Positions 54,139 to 64,000 of a stretch of DNA of 64,000 nt are shown piece after piece. The stretch is from Octopus bimaculoides. Taxonomy: Eukaryota. The notes beneath the pieces were generated by a model that saw only the letters and a list, made by a program, of their open reading frames with translations, did no database searches and was not told where the DNA came from. The position numbers were made by a program, and so were the translations under genes. The stretch lies in the NCBI RefSeq assembly GCF_001194135.2, contig NC_068990.1:89630740-89694739 (forward strand). The letters are read 5' to 3'. Numbering within the stretch: position 1 is the stretch's first letter; every line of letters begins with the position of its first letter.

Positions 54139-54551
54139 CAGTGCTTCTCAAACGATCTGATGTGGCGTACCGGTAGTTTTTTGTTTGTTTGTTTGTTTTG
54201 CAATGTGCCAGCCAGTGACCGGTAATATTTCTTCGTAATATTAATTTATACCGGAAATAATATATATAATGAAAAAAAATAAAAATTGACAATTTTTATC
54301 TTATACTTATTTTGTAAACAAATAATACTTTTCGATGTTATTATTCTTCAGGTCACTGCCTGGAATCTTTGAGTTAGTATCCCGCGCTTAACCACTACGC
54401 CATATGCCATATACAATGTTACAGAAGCATTTATAAGCGTTTTATGTTTCTTTTCTGGAAACTCGCCGCATACCGGCAGCTGATGGCTCGCGGACCGGCA
54501 CCTGTCTGCCGACCGGCACCAATCCGCGGACCACCACTTTGAGTAGCACTG
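54139..54551. mobile_element. hAT (Charlie-like) non-autonomous element
   Basis: TIRs CAGTGCTTCTCAAA / TTTGAGTAGCACTG. 8-bp TSD CTCTAATG (54131-54138) / GTCTAATG (54552-54559). Confidence 0.85.
54338..54408 (-). mobile_element. Short tRNA-head SINE inside the hAT element
   Basis: Minus strand GGCATATGGCGTAGTGGTTAAGCGCG...TTCCAGGCAGTGACCTGAAGAATAA. Confidence 0.65.
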
Positions 54552-55216
54552 GTCTAATGTCTTATGGTTTTATATATTACTACGAATCTACCAGTCAACC
54601 TACATTCACGTTTTTGCAGCAAAGCCATATTAAAAAATATAAATACGGACTGATCCTGTCATTACGCTACCTGAGCAATCTCTAAATAATGCAGACGACA
54701 GCTTTCGCTTTCTCAGTCGACATCATTCTTTACACTATTTTCTCTAACATTCAGCTGTAGACATATTTCAGAAATATTTACGAGCTACCTACCTGTTATT
54801 TTCCCATTGAAGACACTAAATGAGATCTAAACACTGGTGTCTGACCACCTGCTGACAAAATTTTGTCTTTGATCTGTATTTCTTACGGCAAAAGTCTCTA
54901 AGAAATATCTTAGACACAAAATATCCCTGCAAGAACAATTCTTTGCTATGTCCATTATAAATACAACACACATTGTTTTCTTAATATAATGCTGTTCCAG
55001 GTGCAAGTTTAGAATGAATTTTAGCCAGGCCAGCTCTTGCACAAAACAATGACTGTCTAGTTTGTTAATTTCTATATACGAACGATGAATTCGACTGAGT
55101 GAGAATGTGCGAGAGTATTGTTTCCCACGGAGATCAAATCAATTCACAACACTGGTGTGTGATGGTCCACTGCCGACATTCTGAGCAAACTCTGTGTCTT
55201 TAACATTGTGTTAAGA

Positions 55217-55244
<28 letters not shown>

Positions 55245-55250
<6 letters not shown>

Positions 55251-55745
55251 CTTAGATAACTTAGATAGCTCTCGGCTGAGGCCATGCTGGAGCTCCACCT
55301 GTCAGTGTGTTCGAGCTTCTTCTCTGCACTGTTTCTGGGAAAGGAATGAGTTGGACAGAGCTGCTCTTCTTTGTGCCTCCTGCTGCGATGTGGTTTCATC
55401 TGGTATCTCAGATAAAAGAAATTTCCAGACGCACTTTGAAGCCCTACAAATCTATACGGAAGTTTAGCAGAATGTTGAAAAGTTATGGACCCTTCAAACC
55501 CAAACTGTTACACTACTATGTCCTTATTCCAGGTGGAGAAGACGAGATCTTTGGTAATATGCAGTGCCGTCCAGTTTGGTGGTTGGTATAGCCTTCAATT
55601 CCAAAGTCGAGAGCTAGACCTTCCCGGACCTTTCATATGTATATCACTGTATATCTTTCTCCCCTTCTCTTTAGGGAGTAGAGCTTCAGTTGCTTGAGTC
55701 TTTCCCAGTAGCTCATCTTCGTTGTGAAGTGAACCATTTGTAGAA
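55245..55745 (-). mobile_element. CR1/L2-type LINE ORF2 C-terminus remnant
   Basis: MSYWERLKQLKLYSLKRRGERYTVIYI*KV...TGRHCILPKI...CNSLGLKGP*LFNIL. Confidence 0.85.
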
Positions 55746-56980
55746 AACATTTGAAAAAAATTATAGCATTAATTTTAGAGAATATAATATTGGTTCCAAA
55801 ATAAATTAAACTACTCACTCAATTCCGATCAAATTAAGTTTCCAAAATATATTAAGAACAACTCAATTAGGACTAAATGTTTATTCTGCCTATGAAACGA
55901 AACATTTGTACGAAATTTATAAAACAACACACTGTAGACATATTTCTAAATCCTCAACAGAAACATACGTTGAAAATAGGATTGATGAGGTTAATCTTGA
56001 AAATTTAAATCATAGAACTGAACCATTTTTACCTAATCCATATTTCATTACACTGAAAGATCAATATATAATTTCAAGCAAAAACCTAGATTTAGATATG
56101 TCACTAGAACAGTCTCTAATGTAATCAGCAAATATTTATATGAATTTATCACCAAATCTGAAGACGGTGTCCGCTTAACTTCACAGAAAATATCCGAGAA
56201 TTAATCAAATGATTTAAATTAATAAGACATAGGGATAACACTTAATTTCTAGTTTGTTTTAACTTTGACAGTTTTCATTTAATTTAAAATAATATTACTT
56301 GTGTATCACGTTAATCTTATTAGCACACTAACTTTATTAGCGGATATTATTAATTTTGCGAAATCATTAACCGACATCAGTGACACTGAAATTGATATTA
56401 TATCGTAAGCCTCTGAAATGATTGTCAATTAACGTGGTGCCATCTGGATAAAACACATCTTTGACTTAAACAATGATGATCACGACGGCCTAACTTAATG
56501 AACTAATCAACTTATTAATTCTACACAAATTCAAAATTTTGTTTTCTAGCTTTGAAAGCGGATCATATAGATAAAATAAAATCTGAAAACAAACTAGGAT
56601 TTTATTTCAAGAACTTCGGATTCCACATTAGCATAGAAACCAGTCTCCACAAATACAACTTTTTGACCTCTCTAATTCTCTATATTATCCTTTTAGGAAA
56701 GCAAATGAATCGTTGAATTTCCACAGAAGCGGTAACCAGAACATTTAAAAGGAATATCTCCGAGTGAACTCAATATTTACACTACGTCATCACTTACAAA
56801 TAGGAATAACAGTATAATATCAATTAGTGCTACCTCGTTTAACTTAATTGTAGCTACCCCAATTGCTAGATCATTTTTCAAACTACTGAAATACACAATA
56901 TTAATCTAGCATATTTAATTGGAATACAATTAAAATATCGTATTATATCATATCTAATCTCATTTGAGCTCTTGACTTAT

Positions 56981-57040
<60 letters not shown>

Positions 57041-57089
57041 GATAAGCTTATTTAACCGTGGAGAAGTCCTCGTGAACTGACCAATGACC

Positions 57090-57720
57090 AAGCCCAACAA
57101 CACGTGAACATTGGCAAACAACTGCAGGAAAATCCTCATTTTTGGCGTCGAATTGCAACTGGGTGTGGGGTGACAAAATGGATCTATTTTCGTAATTCAG
57201 TGGCTTTGTTCCGGTCAGACTTCAGACCTGTTGTCAAACAAGGGCAGTTTGAACAAAAGGTCATGTTGTGTTTGATCGAATTTTGAGGGTGTGTTGCACT
57301 TTGTGCTTGCCCTAGATGATCCTGCTGTGAACGCTAAGTTTTATGCTCAACAACTACAGTGGGTATATGATGCTTTCAGATCCCATTACTCGGCATTGGT
57401 CAAACGAACACACACACACTCCAACAGTATGGAAATTCCCCAGTATACACTGCCATTCTGTCCAAGCCCAAACTTGGAACTTGAGGGGCTGGAAGTGCTG
57501 CCTCACCTTAACTACAGTCCAGACCATGCATCATCGGATTGTCACCTTTCTCGAGTCATGACACATTCTCTGGTCGGACGTTCAATAGTTTGGATGAAGT
57601 TAAAACGGGTACTGGAAGTTTTTTTACACCCTAAACCAGCCATATGGTATAAACGTGGAATCGAGCTTCTGGCGTTATGATGGTAACAGTCAATAGAATA
57701 CGACAAGGTATATTTTGATT
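57090..57720 (+). mobile_element. Mariner transposase remnant
   Basis: FWRRIATG..KWIYF, KVMLC, FEGVLHF, VNAKFYAQQL, EVLPHLNYSPDHASSDCHL, WYKRGIELL. Confidence 0.88.
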
Positions 57721-58436
57721 AATAAACATTTTCCGTATGTAATTTAGTTGAGCTAGTAATCAAATCTTCAAATACGAAAAGAAAATTTTCGACACAATCT
57801 GGTGTGACTCATTGATGGATTATTCTTACCATTAGTAATATATTTATGTAATTCTAATTTCTTCAGTAAAATATAATTCATATCAAACTCCTCCTGTCTG
57901 TAACACAATTAAATTTCTGTAGCACAATGGAAAACAACTTTCCAGCTATATCTAAACTTCCAACCTAATTCATCAATTTATTAACTCAGTAGTCAAAGTT
58001 AAATCATCCTGTCCAACACTTACCAGAATCGATTTCTAACCAACTTATTCAATTATACAAATAAATACGTAACATTTTTCATTTATGCTGCAATTTAGTT
58101 CAATCCGTCCTACTTATCTATTTGCTTCCATCGACTTTTGATGCTTTGATTCTCACCGAATTATTCACGCTGTATTTCTTATATAATTCCCTTCAACTAA
58201 ATATTTAGCAGTGTTTCTTCTGATTCCTCCATTAAGATTTCAAATTCCACAGTGGTAAAACTTGCTTTTTACAATTTCAGTATCGAAAAGTATCATCGAT
58301 CAAGTATTGGAGTCGATGGTATCGACTGATTCCATGACTTCACAGTTACTGGCCCTGAAGCTAACTCAGAAACCACAATTATTATTACTATTATTATCAC
58401 TGTTTACTATTTAATCTCCATGTTTGATGCAATCAC

Positions 58437-59052
58437 TCACAGGGACAAACCCAGGGGGAGGTGTTCTCCATTTTTCCATACATGATCAGCCATACCCGAT
58501 TTATCAATATCTCCTCGTGTCACAGCTTTGCGATGTTCTTCTACCCTTATTTTGAGGGGGCGACATATTTCGCCTTTGTATAACCTACCACAGCTGCATG
58601 GGATGGAGTACACGCAGTTTTTGGTCATATTCTCTTCTATTGGTGGTTTTGCTCGAAGGTGATATTTGCGAAGTGTTGTATTATTCTTGAATACTGTCCT
58701 GATGTCATATGGGCCGCATATCTTTTGTATCTTTTCGGAGAGGCCTTTAACATAGAGTAGACAGACTTCTCTTTCCTTCATAATTGGAGTGGATAGTATG
58801 TTTTGTAGGTAGTTGTTGCTTCACAGATTGTTATTGAGCTTGATCATTTCTTCGTGGTGTGTATCACGATCGCTATCATTCCTGGACGTATTAATAACGC
58901 GCAGCAAGTATGGATTCAGGACATCTATATAGCGCAAGCCGACCTTCATTGGACGATTCCTCAACTTCAATACCAACCATCCATATAGTGTAAAGAGAGG
59001 GATTGCTCAGTGCCTAAAACATCGTGCAAAGAATATAGGTAGCGACCGTGAT
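58437..59052 (-). mobile_element. Penelope-like element remnant: GIY-YIG endonuclease plus inverted RT thumb
   Basis: Minus: SDRDTHHEEMIKL...CVYSIPCSCGRLYKGEICRPLKIRVEEH...KSGMADH. Plus 58879-59052: FLDVLITR..FRTSI*RKPT..FLNFNTNHP..KRGIAQCLKHRA..SDRD. Confidence 0.92.
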
Positions 59053-59990
59053 CTTGCGCTGTCAATATGAAACTTTCAGTCTCTGCTTTCAATCCTGAAC
59101 TCCTCAGCCGCTGATGGGTTAGGAGGTCTTATAGCACTCTTCTCATCACATCATTTCTCTTCCCCACTGCTTATACGTAGGTACAAACGGTCTACGTCTA
59201 CCTTAGCGTGGTGCATATTCTTGGACGTCCAGCCGTTGGAGTTCGGTAGGGTTCCAGTTAATGATGTTGAAACTGTACTAGCTGTACAAGATGAAGCATT
59301 AAGGACTAATTGGATAAAAGCCAAGATAGACAAAAACCAAGTAGATTCCCAATGTAGGTTATACAAATCAAAAGAGTAAAGCGTTACTCATATAGTAAGT
59401 GGATGTAGCATGCTGGCACAGAAAGAATAAAAGAAAAGACATGACGACCTAGCGTGAGAAATGCATTGGGAGTTATGCAGAAAAGCTAAGATTTGAAGAC
59501 ACTAATAAATGGTATGGACATGAGCCTAGTAAAGTACTAGAAAGTAAGAAATACAAGTTGTTATGGGACTTTAACATTCAAAGTGACAGAGTAGTAGAAG
59601 CTAGAAGGCCTGATTTAGTAGTAGTAGATAAAGAGAATATAAAGTGCCAGATAATTGACTTTACAATCTCAAATGATGAAAAAATCAATATGAGAAGTAT
59701 AGAAAAAATAGTCAAATACCAGCATCTAGTCATTGAATTACAGAAACTATGGAAGGTGCGGGTAAAATGTATCCCAGTAGTTATAGGTGTATTGGAAACT
59801 ATCCCAAAATATTTCAACTGATGGATAGAGGAAATAGGCATAAAACCCAGTTTAGTACAGCTCTAGAAAACAGTGTTATTAGGGATAGCTAGGTTATTTA
59901 GGAAGGTTCTTGGCATCTAAGGTTACTTATTGTAGCCTGATATTAGGATTTTTTTCTTTTCCAAGAGTCTAATCTGTTGTGTGTATATGA
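59050..59990 (+). mobile_element. R4/Dong-type non-LTR retrotransposon 3' end (zinc knuckle + RLE endonuclease) with inverted 5' segment
   Basis: Plus: QDEALRTN..CRLY..HIVSGC..RHD..LWDFNIQSDRVVEARRPDLVVVDK..IID..K..KY..IPVVIG..LLGIARLFRKVLGI*. Minus 59050-59280: YSFNIINW, MHHAKVDVDRLYL, GLKAETESFILTAQD. Confidence 0.92.
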
Positions 59991-59996
59991 TAATAA

Positions 59997-60081
<85 letters not shown>

Positions 60082-60135
60082 TATTATTATTATTTTTATC
60101 ATTGTTATTATCATTATTATTGTTGTTGTTGTTGT
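59990..60135. repeat. (TAA)n then (ATT)n/(GTT)n microsatellite
   Basis: Direct reading. Confidence 0.95.
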
Positions 60136-60733
60136 ATAGCGTTTCAATGTTTTCCCGTTATCATCTACAAATCTAAATTTAATTTTTTGTTTACTTTTTA
60201 ATGTTGGCAATCTATTGCGAATATACAAATAATTACACAAAGTTCGTCTCTAGATTCCTTAATTAACTTATATATTACCCATTTCATTGAAGCACTCCAT
60301 CACGTATTATCATTCTTTTCTCTCTCGTTTATCGCCACTCGTTAAATGGTCCAAACCAGCCACTTTTTATTGACAATCTTTACATCTATGTCACACTTAC
60401 CTATTTGTAAACAAACAACCACCTCTTTCACCGGTTTTAACGATATTTAAAATTTTCCGGCAAAACATGAAACAATTAAAAAAAAAAATTCAGAAAATCA
60501 ATAGTCATCTCATTTCCAATAATTCCACTATAATTTTATATTACTATAACACAAACCTATCTGTTAAAATATTATATATTATATATATGTACCGACACAC
60601 TCACAAACGGACATAAGTCGCTAAGCATACAAATACACATATTTTGTCGTCGAATGCAACGAACGGGAGAAACGTTCTCAATGTAAGTTTTATTTTGGCT
60701 GACCTAGTGACCGACGTGTTCACGATATATATA

Positions 60734-61024
60734 TCAGCTGATACGATCAACAGAACAGCTTGCTCGTGAAATTAACGTGCAAGTGGCTGAGCACTCCACA
60801 GACACGTGTACCCTTAACGTAGTTCTCGGGAAGATTCAGCGTGACACAGAGTGTGACAAGGCTGGCCCTTTGAATTACAGGTACTACTCATTTTTACTAG
60901 TTGAATGGACAGGAGCAACGTGAAATAAAGTGCCTTGCTCAAGAACACAACGCGTCGCCGGGAATTGAACTCACGACCTTACAATCGTGATCCGGATGCT
61001 CTAACCACTAAGCCACGCGCCCTC
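60734..61024 (-). mobile_element. tRNA-derived SINE family D, near full length, in a TA tract
   Basis: Minus strand TGGCTTAGTGGTTAG (A box), GAGTTCAATTCC (B box), GTGTTCTTGAGCAAGGCACTT conserved core. Confidence 0.88.
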
Positions 61025-61774
61025 ATATATATATATATATATANNNNNNNNNNNNNNNNNNNNNNNNNNNNNNNNNNNNNNNNNNNNNNNNNNNNNNNNN
61101 NNNNNNNNNNNNNNNNNNNNNNNNNNNNNNNNNNNNNNNNNNNNNNNNNNNNNNNNNNNNNNNNNNNNNNNNNNNNNNNNNNNNNNNNNNNNNNNNNNNN
61201 NNNNNNNNNNNNNNNNNNNNNNNNNNNNNNNNNNNNNNNNNNNNNNNNNNNNNNNNNNNNNNNNNNNNNNNNNNNNNNNNNNNNNNNNNNNNNNNNNNNN
61301 NNNNNNNNNNNNNNNNNNNNNNNNNNNNNNNNNNNNNNNNNNNNNNNNNNNNNNNNNNNNNNNNNNNNNNNNNNNNNNNNNNNNNNNNNNNNNNNNNNNN
61401 NNNNNNNNNNNNNNNNNNNNNNNNNNNNNNNNNNNNNNNNNNNNNNNNNNNNNNNNNNNNNNNNNNNNNNNNNNNNNNNNNNNNNNNNNNNNNNNNNNNN
61501 NNNNNNNNNNNNNNNNNNNNNNNNNNNNNNNNNNNNNNNNNNNNNNNNNNNNNNNNNNNNNNNNNNNNNNNNNNNNNNNNNNNNNNNNNNNNNNNNNNNN
61601 NNNNNNNNNNNNNNNNNNNNNNNNNNNNNNNNNNNNNNNNNNNNNNNNNNNNNNNNNNNNNNNNNNNNNNNNNNNNNNNNNNNNNNNNNNNNNNNNNNNN
61701 NNNNNNNNNNNNNNNNNNNNNNNNNNNNNNNNNNNNNNNNNNNNNNNNNNNNNNNNNNNNNNNNNNNNNNNNNN

Positions 61775-61812
<38 letters not shown>

Positions 61813-63562
61813 AGCATTTCATAAACGAACTTAGAATCGCCGTGTGTGTTGGTATTCTACATAAATAAAAGAAATTGCGAACGTAGGAAGGCTGTAAAGA
61901 TAGCTTAGCAAGTTGAGTCGCGAATTCCTTTATGTAGACTATATATATGTGCAATTGTTTATGTGTGTGTGTGATTGTGTGTAGGAAAGATAAAACGAAA
62001 GGGTTAAAATTGTGCTAAATTTTTGTATACATATCACATTTTACTAACTGTTATTACTTTCAGAGTTTAACTATGTCCTTCAATGCGATTTTGGCCCATG
62101 TATCGGAAGAAATACGTGCGGTCAATTTTAAATAGAAAGGTGGCTTAGAAATGTTCCCTCTTGCAGCGTTCATTAAGCAAGAAGAACGCCAATAATGAAA
62201 TTTAACCACAATTTTTCGTCATATATAAAATGCAGATTGTAGTAGATCTGGTTGTAAATAAGCTGATGAAAGCAACAGACATATTGTAATAAGTTTGCAG
62301 GTCTACGATGATGAATAGATATAACCAGACAAAGAGAACATATTAGCGTTGATTATCAATATCAACAGTAAGCGTGAGCAAAATAAATCAGGTGAGAGTT
62401 CTGCACAGCAAAAAGAAATGCAGTCCGGTTTCAAATATGTTATATAGCAAGCTTGCACACTTCGATCAACTAAAATTATCCATCAATTGAGCTTATATTA
62501 ATTTGCAAAATGATAGGAATATATTTGCTGAAGATTTCAATTTAAACCGAAATATGTTCATTGAATTCATATTGCATTTTAAAAACCAGATTCATTCCAA
62601 CTTCCATTGCCAAAATTGCTAAAATATTTTCAATCAAGTAAGTTGCCTGCCTTATTATTTTTAGATCTTCTATCTATATATTCGCTGGATAATCACAGTC
62701 GATTTAAACTTTCCAACTCACCGTATAACACATTTACAACACTTCTGTACTTGAATGTAGCATACAAAACGGTAATCTTTGATAGCTTCTCTCGGTTATA
62801 TATCTCTCGGTTATATGACATATATTGCATGTGTGTAAGCCCATGTGTGCAAGAGTACATGTATATATGTGTGTATGTGTGTGTGTGTGTTTACGTGTAT
62901 GAGTGTTCAAACACAGTTTCCTTACCTAGTTTTTTCAATTAATCTTCTAAATATAAACTTCCAAGAAGCTTAAGATTAATATATATGTACACACACACTC
63001 ACACACACACACACACACACACANNNNNNNNNNNNNNNNNNNNNNNNNNNNNNNNNNNNNNNNNNNNNNNNNNNNNNNNNNNNNNNNNNNNNNNNNNNNN
63101 NNNNNNNNNNNNNNNNNNNNNNNNNNNNNNNNNNNNNNNNNNNNNNNNNNNNNNNNNNNNNNNNNNNNNNNNNNNNNNNNNNNNNNNNNNNNNNNNNNNN
63201 NNNNNNNNNNNNNNNNNNNNNNNNNNNNNNNNNNNNNNNNNNNNNNNNNNNNNNNNNNNNNNNNNNNNNNNNNNNNNNNNNNNNNNNNNNNNNNNNNNNN
63301 NNNNNNNNNNNNNNNNNNNNNNNNNNNNNNNNNNNNNNNNNNNNNNNNNNNNNNNNNNNNNNNNNNNNNNNNNNNNNNNNNNNNNNNNNNNNNNNNNNNN
63401 NNNNNNNNNNNNNNNNNNNNNNNNNNNNNNNNNNNNNNNNNNNNNNNNNNNNNNNNNNNNNNNNNNNNNNNNNNNNNNNNNNNNNNNNNNNNNNNNNNNN
63501 NNNNNNNNNNNNNNNNNNNNNNNNNNNNNNNNNNNNNNNNNNNNNNNNNNNNNNNNNNNNNN

Positions 63563-63634
<72 letters not shown>

Positions 63635-64000
63635 GTGTATATGATCACAACTAATCTAAGTTAGTCACTACTTTTTTAATGTAGAAATATTAGTTTCCAA
63701 CTGCCTTACCTTTAATTATTTTAACAATCACACACAATATTATGTCTTCCAGCATCAGTTTACTAACGAGATTTATACAATTTCCTAAAACACTTTTCAA
63801 CGTAGCACAATTCATCTCCATAATTCAACGATAATATCCAATTTCATTTTATTTGTTTAGTCTGCTCAAACACACACGCACATTCGCACATGTGCACACA
63901 CACACACACACACACGTTTATTTCTATATACGCATTTAGATATGTATATATGAATATGTGTGTGCGTGGGTTGAAGTGCATGTGCGCGCGAGTGTATGTA

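Noticed and set aside
54691-54724. Minus-strand GTCGA CTGAGAA AGC GAA AGCT G TCGTC hammerhead-like string
   Set aside because: Core mismatch, G at position 17, no stem II and a weak stem I; at best a decayed relic.
58879-59280. A single inversion explaining both the Penelope and Dong rearrangements
   Set aside because: Re-inverting the block does not restore either reading; each part is inverted separately.
60950-61024. tRNA gene-like sequence (also at 4885-4975 and 54360-54408)
   Set aside because: A and B boxes continue into SINE cores with no proper acceptor stem; these are SINE heads.
62064-62392. Strong acceptor (CTAAC...TTTCAG) and a downstream CAG|GTGAGA donor
   Set aside because: All three frames stop early. 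It could be a non-coding exon, but nothing here supports it.

Overview
AT-rich, repeat-dense animal DNA from a short-read assembly with about 20 N-gaps, nearly all flanked by microsatellites. The SINE families and microsatellite load look like a cephalopod (Octopus-type) genome; this is inferred from my recollection of those repeats. I recognise no intact host gene, rRNA, true tRNA gene or CRISPR array, and almost all listed ORFs are microsatellite or N-gap artefacts. The recognisable content is decayed mobile elements: several tRNA-derived SINE families, a Ty3/Gypsy RT-RNaseH remnant, mariner/Tc1 remnants, pogo/hAT/mariner MITEs, CR1/L2-type and R4/Dong-type LINE fragments, and a Penelope (GIY-YIG) fragment. 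The most striking signal is structural. Two otherwise unrelated short repeats fold as minimal type I hammerhead ribozymes with a palindromic stem III (2500-2550 with relatives at 11.2-11.4 kb; 40063-40101 and 40155-40193). Both have the catalytic core swapped from CUGANGA to GUGANCA, a compensatory G3-C8 pair, while stems I, II and III differ between them. A third repeat family carries a degenerate Penelope-type hammerhead with the usual C3-G8 pair. Several elements also show in-place internal inversions.
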